From contig CM052816.1 in the NCBI GenBank assembly GCA_028534125.1, positions 80,726,001 to 80,790,000 of the forward strand: a DNA stretch of 64,000 nt, read 5' to 3'. Every line of letters begins with the position of its first letter. Position 1 is the stretch's first letter. Source of the DNA: Lama glama. Its lineage: Eukaryota. Below are positions 11,958 to 26,118 of the stretch, piece by piece. A program made the position numbers and the translations under genes. The notes under the pieces were generated by a model. The model had not been told where the DNA came from. It searched no databases and saw only the letters and a list, made by a program, of their open reading frames with translations.

Positions 11958-13584
11958 TGTTGGTCTTTGAGACAATTCCATCTCTTGCTTTTCTAAAAGA
12001 ATTACTGAGACAAATAATGCTAAAACGTAACTTGAAAAGTTTTAATTTAATAGACAGAAAGGAATCATTAAAGACTGATAGTTATATGGATAATCAAAAC
12101 TACAAAAGTTTTCTTATCATAGAAATGCCATGAGAAGAATAGATGACTGAAAAGTGTCTGGGATTTTTAATTAGACTTGAGATCAAACTAGCTCTTCTGC
12201 TACCTACTTTGGTAGCCTTGGTTTTCTTGTTTGTAGAGTGAGGATTATAATGCCCATCTCATAGGACTGTTGTAGGAATCCAAGGTCTGACACATGATAG
12301 GTGCCCGGGAAATGGCAACTACTGTGAAAAAGATATGTAGTAATTATCTCCTAGGGCCTAGCACTATGATAAAGTCACTCCTTGGGAGCTTCAGTCATTA
12401 GGCAAGCACAGCCACCAGGGAAGCAGCAGTTAGAGATCCAGTGGGCCAGAGAATGATCAAATACCAATTGCACATTAAGATGCACAAGGAAGCTTCAGGT
12501 CACAAGCTCTAGCAAATCTGCTGTGTAAATGGACCACTCCTCTTTCTTGCCCCTTTCCCACTCCACTTCCCACCCACACCCATAGATCTTTAAGGAAACT
12601 CCCAGTCCTAAAAGCTAGCGCATTGTAGATCATGAGGATTGTGTACATCAGGGAACTACTGAGTCACTCAGCTACGTGCAGTTTAACCACGGGCTACCAA
12701 GGCCAATAAAAGCAGGAGCAGTTTAGAACTCCTTAGTGGGCAGTTCTACCTTAAGACAGTAGTGACATCACATTACCCAGCTCAGATGCATTGTGTGAAA
12801 CTGACAACTTTCCCCCCACTTAACAAAACCTGTTTGCTTACTTGGTGCCAAATGGCTCACATATAAACACTGAAGGACAGATTAAAGACCACATTGTACT
12901 TTTCTTTGCCATTGCGTGAAGGGCATTATTTTCCAAGTAGATAAGATCTGGAGGGAAGAATAAGACACAATGGACTTTTATTTTAACCACTAAACACTCA
13001 CCATATCTCACAGAATGCCCGGGGCTCTGTTCTACTGCTCTTGGTCACAAAGCTTCTGCCATTAGGAAAAGCAAAGACACTTGGCTCAGAATTTATTCCT
13101 AGGGAATGGGAAATGAGTTAAGAGGAGGGATGAAAAAGCAGAATTAGAGGGCCTGGAGGACAAGCTGGAGTGACAGTATTTATGCCTGAAGTCCACTGCA
13201 TGCAATATGATTCTTGTTCTCAAATTGCGTGAGCCAGACTGACAGAGAGGGGCAGATGCCACCAGTGTAGATGGATCAGAGCATTAGCAACGGAATCAGA
13301 TGAATCCGACTTCATACACGTAGCCTTCCCTGATGCGTCTGTCCTGTGTTGATCTGTGTCTTCTCTATATTTTCTCCAAACTAGCGAGCAGTTCTTCTAT
13401 TCTCGCCTCTCTTTTCCCACTTACATGAATGCCTTGTGTTGTCACAGTTCACTCTTGGAATTAAAATCACATTGGGCCAGGAGTTAAGAGGCCCACTTCT
13501 AACTTTAGCTTTGCTATATATCTTTGAACATGCCCTTTTATTTATTTATTCATTCATTTCTTGTTATTATCATTTTGATGAACC

Positions 13585-14032
13585 TGTTTAAAATTGAAAT
13601 ATATTGATGTACAATATTATGTTAGTTTGACATTTGCATACCCATGTGAAATGATCGCCGTGATAAGGCTAGTCACCACCTGTTCCCCATACAAAAGCAT
13701 TGCAGTATTATTGACCATATTCTTTATGCTGTATATTATATCCCTATGGCTTATTTATTTTATGACTGGAGGTTTGTGCCTCTTAATTCCTGTCACTCAT
13801 TTTGCCTCCCCCAACTGCCTTCTCTCTGACAACTACCCGTTTTCCGTATCTATCAGTCTGTTTTTATTTTATTTTGTTTGTTTTGTTTTTCAGATTCTAC
13901 ATGAAAGTGAAATCATATAGTATTTTGTCTTTCTCTGTTTGACTTATTTTGCTTAGCATAATACCCTCTAGATCCAACCATGTTGTTGCGAATGGCAGGG
14001 TTTCATTCTTTTTATGGCTGAGTAATATTTCA
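13585..14032 (-). mobile_element. L1 3'UTR fragment
   Basis: 'ttgacatttgcatacccatgtgaaatgatc...cttagcataataccctctagatccaaccatgttgttgcgaatggcagg...tatggctgagtaatatt'. Confidence 0.85.
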
Positions 14033-15609
14033 TGGGGGGAATATTACTTTCTACTTGTTTCTCATACATAAAAATAGGTGATGGGGTTGCAGGAGAATAA
14101 AGTAAAATCACTCCAGCTTCTTTCCATTTCCCAGATCCTTCACCCACCTTCTTGCCTTGTATGTGACCATTCTCTTTCAACAGGTCACTTTCTGTATGAG
14201 TGGCAAAGGGTTATCAGGCCTGACTGGTGGATTTCCTTATTCTTACTGGAAATAGAGAGTATATTGCGAGTGAAGGAAATTACTATGAATAGCTCTCGGC
14301 AAAAAACTTCCATTGTAACAGGGACATGGTCTCAACAAGGAGACTGACTCTTGAAAATTTGTCTATGGATTCTTCTTTTGGTTCAGGAAGGGAAAACAAC
14401 AACATGGGGCTGTTTGCATTGCAGGGAAGAACTCTTCAAAGGCAGAACTGGCTCCAACCTGACAGGGCCCATTGGCCTATGATTTCTGAGATTGAATAGA
14501 CTTCCAAAAGAATCAAGTCCTTCACAGTCCATATTCATTATGAAGCCACTGTATTAATGTACTCGGCAAGGCTGAGATAATAGTCAGTCAAGTATTTTTA
14601 AACCATGTTCCACAGGGCTCCATCCATAGAGGCACTTCAAGTATTCTGCAAATGTTTGGTTTGAATTTTTTTAATATGGTCAGTTTTTTTTTTTATTCAG
14701 ATTCTAGTCCTTATTTTGGTTTTCATTTACACCCTCTCTCTTGGAGTCCAGTTTTCAGTAGACCTTACCAATACTTAATAATAAATTAGCTTAATTTGTT
14801 TTTGTCAGGGTATCTCTGAAATAATGATTCCCAAACACCTTGGAGAAAGTATACATTCTTGATGCCAAATACATTTTTGAAAAGATGCTTCCTTCCTTTG
14901 TGCCTTGGTAAAATAACTTTTTGGAAGTCCAGTCTCTTTGGTGGATCCTGAAATCTGTTAAGAGTTATTTTGGAGCTTGAGAACTGGAGCCTGGATAGAA
15001 TAGGAGTTGGGTAAATCAGAGATTCAAGTGCGTGTGTATGTGTGTACAATAGGAATCATCTATTCATTAACCAAACACAAAACAGTATATATTTTATATG
15101 GCTACATATTTTTGTATGTAAATGCATTTTTAAATGTCTGAAAGGACACATACATAATCCAACATTAGTTACCTTAGAGGAAGCAGGAAGGGGACCAAGA
15201 TCAGAAAGGTGGTCAAAGAGGATTTTGCTATCTACAGCATCTGATTTATTTTAAAGGAGAATGATTTATTTATGTTTGATGTTGTTAAATATTAACTTAA
15301 AATAATGATTTATTAAATCATATGTGAAACACTTTTGAAGGAAGAAAAAAAGAAAAGAAATCAAGATGATTGGCCCAAGACAGCCGTCCCGATTTCGTGC
15401 TGTATGTGTCCTGACTGGTGTCTCCCTTTGCGCTTTCCCTTGCTCCTTATAACAATCCTCGGTTTACCTGCTGTTAAGCAAAACCTTCCTATTCCTTTTC
15501 TCAAATATGATTACTGTCTCTGACCTTGGGAAGAGCTGGAAATGGAACGGTACAGAGACAAATCTCTGTGGTTCTGTGATGTGGGTCTGTGCCAGCTAAT
15601 TCTGTCAGA

Positions 15610-15805
15610 CAGGCCTAGAGACAAATCCTGCTCACATCATTGGCTACCTTTGAACTTAGCTTGTAGGATTTTGTTTTCTCATCTCGTAAATAGATATAAT
15701 TTTATCTGTTTTGTGAGTCTTGTACTGAAGATTAAGCAGTGTATAAAAATGTCTTTCACAGGGCCTGGCACATAGGTCTATAGTTAGAATCAATAAATGT
15801 TGGAT
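15610..15805 (+). mobile_element. MIR SINE
   Basis: 3' end 'cagggcctggcacataggt...caataaatgtt' plus a degenerate core. Confidence 0.6.
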
Positions 15806-16014
15806 CCACGTCTTTTAGTTGTCTTGTTCTTTTATACCCCCGGGAACTGTAGTAGGAGCTGATTATCTGAAACAACAGTGATAACAAAAACAAAAACAAA
15901 AAAGAAGGAAGTGATCCTTGTCTAGGAGCTATGTAAAGAGTTAAATGCAGTTGAGTGGTTTGAGTTCTATAGTTTAAGGGTACTGAGAGAATACAAAGTA
16001 AGTAATGATGCCAA

Positions 16015-16250
16015 TAGCTACAGTTTATCAAATGTTTACTCAGTTAGGCCTATGCTGAGTGCTTTTTGTACCCTATCTTATTTAATCATCCCTGTAACCC
16101 TTTATGGGATGGGCTATATATTATCTGAGTTTTACAGATAACGGAATTGCAGTTCACTTATGTTAAACTTCTTGCCCCAAATTGCATATCTACTCAATAA
16201 CAGAATTGGAATTAGATTTTGTGCCTCCCTGACTCCAAAGCCCATTTTTA
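16015..16250 (-). mobile_element. MIR SINE
   Basis: 'atttaatcatcc...tttacagata...aacttcttgcccca...ctgactccaaagccc'. Confidence 0.65.
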
Positions 16251-16886
16251 ACCACTGTTTGGGGGTTGAGAATAGAAGCAAGACATTTTAGAGAAGTTTT
16301 ATTAGTTCATCTATCCATCCATCCTTCCTTCTACATATCTCAGAAAGGATTTAAGGTAGCTTTTGGAAAAGTAACATTTGAGCTGAGTCCTCAGAGACAT
16401 GTAAGTGTCAACATAGTGGGGCCAGAAAGGGCTTTCTTGATAAAGGCAACAACCTGAGAAGTAGTATGAAAGGATCCATCAACACATAGCCTTGAGTGTC
16501 CCCAGGTAAGGGTGAAGGCAGAGTCTGGAGAGCTACATTTGGCTGGCTACCTTGTCTGCGATATTTCAAAATTGAGAATTTATTTTGTAGGCAATAGGGA
16601 GTTAGTAAGGATAATGACTGTCACAGACAACCGGTTTCATTAACATAGGACCTCACTTCAAGTTTTGACCCCAAAAGGAAGCACCTTGCTTATCATACTC
16701 ACTCATTTATGAATAATATTTAGCAGTTTTCAGAAATTTAATCCAGTCTCTGAGGCTGAAGCTTTAACTTTACAGAGGTTGTTGGAAAGAATGTTCTTCA
16801 TCCTGTAAAAGCCATTCTCAAGGAGGAATTTAAAAGCTGATTACATATTGGAAATATGTCTAGAATATGTTTTTGTCTTGAGGGAT

Positions 16887-17096
16887 AGGGTTACCAGATT
16901 TGGGGAGGATAAGTGGGGAATGCTCAGTTAAATTTGAATTTCAGGTAAATAACGAATACTTTTTTAAAAAAGTATGTAATATTTGGGGCATACTTATACC
17001 AAAAAATTATTTGTTCTCTATTTGAAATTCATATTTATCTGACATCTGTTGTTTATCTAAAATTCAAAAGTGTAATGTTTTTCATATGATAACCCT
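16887..17096. mobile_element. MER53 palindromic DNA transposon (MITE)
   Basis: Termini agggtt...aaccct, with internal 'cagttaaatttgaatttcag', 'ggcatacttatac' and 'tgaaattca' matching MER53. Confidence 0.85.
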
Positions 17097-18644
17097 CTGA
17101 GATGGCTACTTTGTTTTGATATTTGTAAAATTCCAGATTTATTAAATTGTGGTCACTTCCTCTATAACCCCTTTTTCCCAAAGTGCTGAACTCCTGCAGG
17201 ACTCAGTGCCAGGAGAAACGTGTGTTGTGTACAGTGCACTGCCACTTCCCACACACCTGGACCTGAAAAAGCATAACCCCAGGGCAATGAGAAACAAAAG
17301 AGGAAAATCAAGACATGAGCCTCTGTGAAGTCTTTCAGGGCTGACCTTGGGTGTTTTGTAACCTTCCAGTGGCCTGGCGGCCTAGCCTGAGTGCTTTAAT
17401 GTTGAAATATTTAAGTGATTGTGTTAGTTTCCTTTTCATAAACCTTATCTCTTCCTTGGAGTGTGTTTTAGTTTGCCTGGATGGAGTTGAGTATTCATTC
17501 TGTTGGCTCCCTGAGTCCTCACGTCGGACCCTGTTTCTGTGGGATTTCATTCTTTGCTTATTTGCTTTAGGAAGAGGCTCACTGATAAAGGAGAGTAGCC
17601 ATGGGGGGCAGAGGATCCTCTTGTGCCACTGCCCACTAGGACCCGCCTCCTTTTCAGGCTGCAGGCAGTTTATGGATTATCACGGATTGTTTAAACTGAG
17701 AAGCACCTTAACATACTCTTGTAGTGGGGTCCCCTTGACACTCCCTCAGAGCAGTTTTTTGAGTAATTTTACTTTTTGTCATACAGTGTTAGTTCACCTG
17801 AAAGATATCACTTGATAAAAGGATTCTGCAGCTAGAAATGAGTTATAAAATTCTTTATTATAGCCCTAGCTCATTACAAATAAGGAAGCTTAGAGAGGTA
17901 AAGTGACTTGCCAGATATAATGTAGCAGGTTAGTAGCAGAAGTGGGGATATATGAGCTCAGGTCTTCTAGCTTTTTATTCAAGTGTACCAAGTCCCTAAC
18001 ACTAAGATTCAGCTACGCACATTTCAGGGGCCAAGAAAGAGTTCCTTGGCATTTCATGTAGCTTCCCTGCTTAAGGAGGGTTGGAGATTGTTTTGATTGC
18101 TGCTGGGGGTGGTGGGAAGATGTGTTAAGGCTTAAAACATAAATACCTGAGTGGTGCTAGACTGCTATTCTATTCTATCCTATTAGATAAATCTAGATAG
18201 GAGTTTGTTTCCTGAGAAGAACATTTCGTGGAGGAGAGCAAAGAACAATCTGGGAGCCTACATTTAGTAGGGATGGGTTGCTTTCAGGGTAGAAATGGAT
18301 TCCAAGAGCAGGATGTGATCCTGGCATATTTACTTCTTGTTTTTTCTCTAGCTGGTGTTTTTGGTGCTTCATCCCTCTGGATGTGTGGGAGATATACCAT
18401 TCTCTTTTCTTTTCCCTCCCTCTTAGGTGAGCACTTGGCTGAGGTACAGAACTTCTGTTCTTATATCCTGTACTTGCCTTGTTTGTAACCCTTTCCCTGA
18501 GGAATTCTCTATAGTTCTTTTTTAGATCATTCCTCTAGTACTCCAGGCAACAGAGCGGAATCACTAATGCCAGAAATCACAGCCCCAAATATCCCTTCTA
18601 CTTCCCTTATATGTAGAGAAATTTACAATGTCCTAAGGGAATAG

Positions 18645-18915
18645 AATAGCAAGATGTTTAAGGACTTGGAATTTAGATTCCAGACCTGGATTAAAGTTCC
18701 AGCTTTGACTTTTACCAGCAAATGACTTTGGGCAGATATATTTTACCTTTTTGAGCTCAGTTTCTTCAAAGATGAAAAGGATACATGTTGGGTGCTAATA
18801 ATAGCCCACACTTCATAGGATTGTTGTGAGATTTAAGAAATGTATGTAAAGTGCTTTGCATAGTAGCTGGCAAGTGGTAAGCACTCAATAGCTGCTAGTT
18901 GCTTTATTACTATTA
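18645..18915 (+). mobile_element. Near full-length MIR
   Basis: Head 'agcaagatgtttaaggac...ccagacctgg', core, 'cataggattgttgtgag' and tail 'gtaagcactcaata'. Confidence 0.8.
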
Positions 18916-19369
18916 TAATTATTGATACTTTTATTATTTATTTTCTATTAAATGAATAGAACTATTAAAATGAACTATTTTAGGTCTCTTGCACCATGAT
19001 CTGGAACTTGGTATTCCTATCTTCATGAAAGAAAATCTCTCTCAATCAACAATTTGGATTTATGTAAAGAGATTCCTTTTTTGCTGCAATAGAAATAGAG
19101 AATGAATTCTTCTAAGTTAAAAAAAAAAGGAAAATCCTACTTAGCTTATTTTTAATTGTTTTAAATTATGATTTCTTAAGTTTTGGTTCTAATTTCACAT
19201 CCAGATGAAATCTTTCACCCTGCCACAACACTGATCTCTATCTCCTTTGATTTCCTGATTTACACATTCTCTGTGCCAAATGATCTAGAGAGCATTTTTC
19301 TAACATTTTTCACATAAAGAGTCTCTCTTTTTAAATTATTTTCCCGTGAATTTTGTGGTTGAAAGTGTA

Positions 19370-19840
19370 TTTTAAAGCTAATTTTCTTATTAGGGAAATT
19401 TCAAACATTTAAAACATGAAAGTAGTGAAAATAGTATAATGAGCTCCATGTATCCATTACCCAGCTTCAGCAGTTATCAGTATTTTGTTAACCTTGTTTT
19501 ATCCATCTCCCCTGTTCCCCTTTTATTTTGGCCAGAGTATTTTAAAGCAAATCACCAGGTATCATGTAAGTTCATAGGTAAATAGTCCGTTGTGTATATT
19601 CCATTGATAAAGATTTTTTTCCTTATAATTACAATGCCATCAGTCTAACAAAATTAACAATATCCTTTCATCATTTAATACCCAGTCAGATCTCACATTT
19701 CTCTGATTGCCTCAAAAATGTTTTTTAGCCGTTGTATCAATAGTTTAGAATCAAGATTCAAAGAAAGCCTACACATTGTATTTGGTTGCTGTGTCTCTTA
19801 AGTCTCTTTTAATTGATTGAAGTTCCTCTTCCCTTACTTT
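19370..19840 (-). mobile_element. Old L1M (L1MC/ME-like) 3' fragment
   Basis: 'aaatttcaaaca...aatagtataatgagctccatgtatccattacccagcttc...tacacattgtatttggttg...tcttaagtctcttttaat'. Confidence 0.7.
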
Positions 19841-20749
19841 TTAAAAATTTTCTCAAGATCCAAGACCTAAATAGAAAAACAATCCAAAATGCATTCATTA
19901 TAAAGAAGTCATTTCCCTATTTAATAAATAAAACATAAATAACTGTCAGTCAGAGGGTCTAGTTAATATAACTAGAATTAACATGTTGAATTGACATCAA
20001 TCCAGTTGAAAGCACAGGAATTTACTATTTTAGTTAATTTGTGCATTTTTATCTAAGAACACATTTCCATTTGGTTTTTTAAAATAATACAGATGGCTTA
20101 AGGTATTTGGTCCTAAAATCTGAAGTTGAGACAAACTGATATTTATTATAGAAAGACAATTTCTACTTTTAAATACCTAATATTAAGTGTTCTTCTCAGC
20201 AGGCAAACCCCCCTTTTATCTGGAGACCCCCACTCTGTTCTCACTGATGCTAGTTGAAGATGCTGTCCTGCTCCCTGGGTTTCAGTCTTTGTCTTTAGCC
20301 TGTTCGTTGGCAACCCCCAACCCCATGGACTTTGCCTTCCCCATGAGCCTGGACGATGGAGAGGATGAAGGGAGCTTCTTGCCTCTCCTGGGTTTGGAAG
20401 GAGGCAGAACATGAACGCAGTGGAGAGAGAAACGTGGGAAGTGTCGGAGACAGAAACCCTGAGAGAGACAGAGTCTGCAGAACTAAGTTAAGAGGGACAC
20501 TTAGCTTTGGCAGTAGAATTTATGTTGTTTTTGGACTGAAAGTAGAGGGAATGTCCAGTCCATTTGTAACCCCTTCAAATGAGCTTTATTTTGAGTATGA
20601 GATGGTGTGTGATAATAGCTTGGTCAAAAGAAAAAAAAACCTGAAAGCAAGTTATTTTACAGTAAAACTAGACAAAATTTAAAATACTAGTAGCAACACT
20701 TACTGAAGCCCTTGAAGGCAGATAGAAATCCCACTTAAGTTTTCTCTAG

Positions 20750-20910
20750 CAGCACTTCTCAGCCGCGGCTGCACGTTGGAATCACTGGGGACCTGGATAA
20801 ACTACTGATGCTGGACCCTGTCCCCAACCCCCAGGTTCTGATTTAGTCTGGGATGGGAAACAGCAATCAGTATTTTTAAAAGCTTACCTGGTAATTCTAA
20901 ATGCACTAGC
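20750..20910. mobile_element. MER5A-type hAT element
   Basis: 'ttctcagcc..ggctgcacgttggaatcactgggg...ttctgattta..gtctggg...tttttaaaagct...ggtaattctaa'. Confidence 0.75.
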
Positions 20911-21274
20911 ATTCATGGTGAATTTCTATAATTCTTACTTTACTACCCTCCCCCAGTTTTATTAGTACAATTTTTTGGAACATCCTATGTTGTTTCTCTC
21001 TGAACACTTTTCTATGGATTCCGTAAGCTCAAATATATTTTTTATTTACTTATTTTACTGCTTGAAAATTTCAAAGTACACAGTTTTTTAACCCCATTAT
21101 GCTGTTGCTTTTTGTGGACGATGCTGGGACTCTAAGCATCATTTTATTAAGTTGGTCTTATGGGAAAATACATCCCATTTCAAGCTGAAAACTTACCCAA
21201 CTAGAACTCAGCTGGCTTTTAATTTGGCACATAGACTAATTTTCATACTCAATAGCATTATGAGTTCTTTGAGG

Positions 21275-21745
21275 AAGAGTAGGTTTGGATACAAGTGATC
21301 AAACACCCAAATTAATAGTTGCTTAAACAAGGAAGAAGTTTATTTCTCTCTCATGTATCAATTGGCTGTAAGACATTCAGGGCTGGTGTGATGCTTTGTG
21401 GTGTTAGAGACATGGGCTCCTACTTTGCTAGTCTGCCAAGTGAGTCTTTGGTTTTCATGGTTATCACCTAGTCCAAGATGAATGTAAGAGTTATGTCCAT
21501 GATGTCCACATTGCAGCAGCAAGAAGGAAGTAGGGCAAGGAAGGGAAAGCTCCCCTTTTTAAGGACACTTCTCAGAATTAGCAATTCACTTCCACTTATA
21601 CATGACTGGACAGAACTTGGCTTCAAGTGAGGCTGGGAATCATAGTCCTTATTCTGGGTGCCTGAAGATCAGGCAAATATCAAGGACCTTTACTAAGAAC
21701 AAAGGGAAGAATAGATACTAGGGGGATAGTCAGCAATCCCTGTCT
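21275..21745 (-). mobile_element. Old MLT1-type LTR
   Basis: 'aatagttgcttaaacaagg..gaagtttatttctctctcatgta...ttccacttata...ggacagaactt...gaggctgggaa'. Confidence 0.6.
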
Positions 21746-22401
21746 GTAGAGGAATGACCAAGTGTTATACATTATTCTGTGTATCTGCTATGCCATCAAG
21801 ATCTAACAGATAATTATCAATTGATTCCAGCTAGCCAGGATTTTTTTTCTATTAAAAAATTCTAAAATATATGCAGTATTTTACCCATATGATTTATTGA
21901 TTTTGTGGCCTATCTTGGGATTCTAAGTGCCATTTTATTACATTGTTCCCACAGGCATCCCATTTTAAGCTGCAAACTTCTATCCAACTAATAATGGCTT
22001 TCTATGTCTCAGCTGGTTTTTATTTGTTTTAGGACTGCTCACAACACAGAGTTACTATGTTCTGTAAAATTCTTGTAAGAGTTTGTATGTATGTTTGTAT
22101 TTTCCTGGGAGTAGAGTAGGGTTCATAGTGTCCATCAGATTCCTTAGTAAATCTATATCTCATAAAACGTTAAGAATCATTAGTGTAAACTAGGAAGGAA
22201 CATGGGTAGTTTGATTCCGAGCTGGTAACGCTGCCAAGTTGTTTCTTGTTCTTATCCCCAGTTACTTTAGTAATCTGTTCTGAATCTTTAAAATTCTCTA
22301 AAATTCTTTGAAGGGGCTCAGTATACAAATAAATACCCTTTTTTGGCAAAATAAATTATAAACCCTCATTGTTTTAAAAGTTTGGATTATTGTATTTTGA
22401 C

Positions 22402-24950
22402 TTTTTAAATTTCAGCTTTATTGAGATATAATTGGCATACAATTATAAGATATTTAGAGTGTGTGTAGTAGTGATTTGATGTATATATACACACATATAT
22501 ATCTGTGGATATATACAATATATGCATAATGTAACATGTATATATTATATGATACATATATTATATTATATATACATATTATATTGTGTGTGTGTGTATG
22601 TATGTGTGTGTATATATATATACATGTATTTGAAATATATATGTACCACATTGTGAAAAGATTTTCCCCATCAAATTAATACATCTATCACCTCACATGC
22701 TTATATTTTATTTTTTGGTGAGAACATTTAAATTCTACCCTCTTAGTAAATTTCAGTTATATAGAGTTGCTAATACAGTGTTATCAACTCTAGTTATCAT
22801 GTTTTATGTTAGATTCTTAGACTTTATTCATTTTATAGGTAAAGTNNNNNNNNNNNNNNNNNNNNNNNNNNNNNNNNNNNNNNNNNNNNNNNNNNNNNNN
22901 NNNNNNNNNNNNNNNNNNNNNNNNNNNNNNNNNNNNNNNNNNNNNNNNNNNNNNNNNNNNNNNNNNNNNNNNNNNNNNNNNNNNNNNNNNNNNNNNNNNN
23001 NNNNNNNNNNNNNNNNNNNNNNNNNNNNNNNNNNNNNNNNNNNNNNNNNNNNNNNNNNNNNNNNNNNNNNNNNNNNNNNNNNNNNNNNNNNNNNNNNNNN
23101 NNNNNNNNNNNNNNNNNNNNNNNNNNNNNNNNNNNNNNNNNNNNNNNNNNNNNNNNNNNNNNNNNNNNNNNNNNNNNNNNNNNNNNNNNNNNNNNNNNNN
23201 NNNNNNNNNNNNNNNNNNNNNNNNNNNNNNNNNNNNNNNNNNNNNNNNNNNNNNNNNNNNNNNNNNNNNNNNNNNNNNNNNNNNNNNNNNNNNNNNNNNN
23301 NNNNNNNNNNNNNNNNNNNNNNNNNNNNNNNNNNNNNNNNNNNNNCATTGTGAAAAGATTTTCCCCATCAAATTAATACATCTATCACCTCACATGCTTA
23401 TATTTTATTTTTTGGTGAGAACATTTAAATTCTACCCTCTTAGTAAATTTCAGTTATATAGAGTTGCTAATACAGTGTTATCAACTCTAGTTATCATGTT
23501 TTATGTTAGATTCTTAGACTTTATTCATTTTATAGGTAAAGTTTGTGCCCTTTTACCAACCTCTATTTCGCCTACCCCTACTCTCTGGCAACTGCTTTTC
23601 TACTCTCTTTTTTCAATGAGTTTGACTTTTTTTTTTTTTTGGACTTCACATATAAATGATATCATGTCATATTTGTCTCTCTCTGTTTGGCTTATTTCAC
23701 ACCATTCCATCCATGTTGCCACAAAGGGCAGGATTCCCTCTTCCTCATGGCTGAATAATATTCCACTGTGTGTGTGTATGTGTGTGTGTGTGTGTATTGA
23801 GTCTCTTTAGCCATTCATCCATTGATGGACAGACACTTAGGTTGTTTCCATATCTTGGCTGTTCTGAATAATGCTGCAGTAAATATGAGAGTGCAGTTAT
23901 CTCTTTGAGATCCTGTTTTCATTTCTGGGTATATACTCAGAAGAGGGATTGCTGAGTCATATGGTAGTTCTGTTTATAATTTTTTGAGGAACCTCCATAC
24001 TGTTTTCCATAGTGGCTGCACAAATTTACTTTCTCCTCAGCAGTGCGCAAGGGTTCCCTTTTCTCCATGTCCTCACCAACACTTATCTGTTGTCTGTTTG
24101 ATAGCCATTCTGACAGGTGTGAGGTGATATCTCATTGTGATTTTGATTTGCATTTACCTATGATTAGGGTTGTTGAGCACCTTGGTTGAGCACCAGGTTG
24201 TTAGCCATATGTATATTTCCTTTGGAAAAATGTCTATTCAAATCATCAGCCCATTTTTCAAATGGATTTTTTGTTTTTTGGGTACTGAATTGTATGAGTT
24301 CTTTATATATCTATATATATATATTAACCTCTTATCAGATATATGATTTGCAAATATTTTTTTCCATTCCATAGGTTGCCTTTTCATTTTGTTGATGGTT
24401 TTCTTTGCTTTGCAGAAACTTAGTGTGATGTAGTCCCACTTGTTTATTTTTGCTTTTGTTTTCTTTGCTTTTGTTGTCAAATCCAAAAAAATCATTGCAA
24501 AGACCTATGACAAGGAGCTTAACTCCCTATGTTTTCTTTTCAAGAGTTTTATGATTTCAGGTCTTACATTCAAATTGAATCCATTTTGATTTGATTTTTA
24601 TTGTGGTGTAAATAGTAGTCTAGTTTTCATTTGTTTGCATGTGTCTATCCAGTTTTCCCAACACTATTTATTGAAGAAACTATCTTTTCCAGATTGTATA
24701 TTCTTAGTTTCTTTGTAATTAATTAATTGATCATATATGCATGGGTTTATTTCTGGGCTCTCTATTATAGCCCATTGATCTATGTGTCTGTTTTTATGCC
24801 AACACTGTACTGTTTTGGTTACTACAGCTTTGCAGTATAGGTTAAAAACAGGAAGTGTGATGCCTCCAGTTTTGTTCTTTCTCAATATTGTATTGGCTAT
24901 TTGGGGTTTTTTTTTTTTGGTTCCATATACATTTAAAGATTTTTTTTTAA
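22402..24950 (-). mobile_element. L1 3'UTR plus 3' ORF2 (disrupted), containing (TA)n/(TG)n tracts and an assembly gap
   Basis: Minus-strand ORFs 24238-24495 and 24664-24885 translate to L1 ORF2 C-terminal peptides ([16 protein letters not shown]...YCKAVVTKT...W..NRHIDQW). Confidence 0.92.
22846..23345. other. Assembly gap (500 N), probably spurious
   Basis: 22649-22845 is repeated identically at 23346-23542. Confidence 0.95.
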
Positions 24951-26087
24951 CTTTTCTTAGACTGAATTCTAATTAGATATTTGGGAAAATTAAGACAGCA
25001 ACATTACTATTACTTGGGCTGTAAAGAGAAATAACATTTCTTTTATATTCAGTCAAATGTTATATATGCAAGAGATGCAAGATACTCTAATTTTGGTGAT
25101 ATCCACAGGTTCTGTGGAAATATTTTTGAATATTGTCTGGATATATGGAAACAATTTAAATATATTACAACTTTCATTTTTCCTAATAATTAAAAACTAA
25201 GAATGTAATTAAGTGTATGACAGTCATGGATTATTTTATAAAGGGTTTCTGAACTAAATAATAGCTAACAGGAGAATATACAAGGGGCACTTATAGCTAC
25301 TTTGAGTAAGTAGCTATAAAATCATTTTTTAGGGATTTCTTGTTATCTGTCTTGCCATCTAAATGTAAACTTTCTGCTTTATTTTTAGTTAATTATGTTG
25401 TAAATTATTAATATCAAAAGTATCATTAAAATGTGCTAAAAAGATACTGATTTAGAACTCCCTATGTAGACTTAGTGTGACTAGCAGATGTAGTTGGTTT
25501 AAATAAAATCTGAGATATTTTTGCTTCTTAGTCATCTACAATCTAATTAGGAAAACAAGAAAAATACACATGAAATTATGAGAAAACAGTGAGTAGTGAT
25601 TAAATGACATACTGTGCCATACAATCACTACTTAGGTACAGAATCTATTAATATGAGCTGAAGTAGTCTGTCTTGTGGTTCCTGATAGAGTTATTAAATT
25701 ACTATCCCAGTATCTTTCCAGATGAGCTGTTTGGTTAAAGGTTAAATTCTTCCTGCCACATATTAGAAATTCCAGCTGTAATTTTTATTTGGAAATTTCC
25801 CTCCCTTTTCCATTAATGTAATCCCACCCTAACCACCCACCAGAGAAAACAAACAGGAGTCTTTTGTGTGGTGATGGCATTTTGAGAACAAAAGAACATG
25901 ACACATGCAATTAAGCTGAATATTTGAATGTCTGTATGATGCTGTAACTGTGGTTCTTTGGACAAGAATGGCAAGCATCCATCTTGGGAGTCACCATACT
26001 AGTCCAATAGTGAAGGAATCTTTGGACTTTAAAACTGGTTCCCTTGTTAGGATTCTCTTTTTGAAGGCAGAAAAGAACCTGAGAATG

Positions 26088-26089
<2 letters not shown>

Positions 26090-26118
<29 letters not shown>
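26090..26118. repeat. (GT)n microsatellite
   Basis: About 14 GT units. Confidence 0.9.

Noticed and set aside
17351..17815. 154-aa ORF
   Set aside because: Non-ATG start, no recognisable domain, composition of translated non-coding DNA.
22697..23371. Long ORFs across N runs (also 57204-58007)
   Set aside because: Artefacts of translating N.
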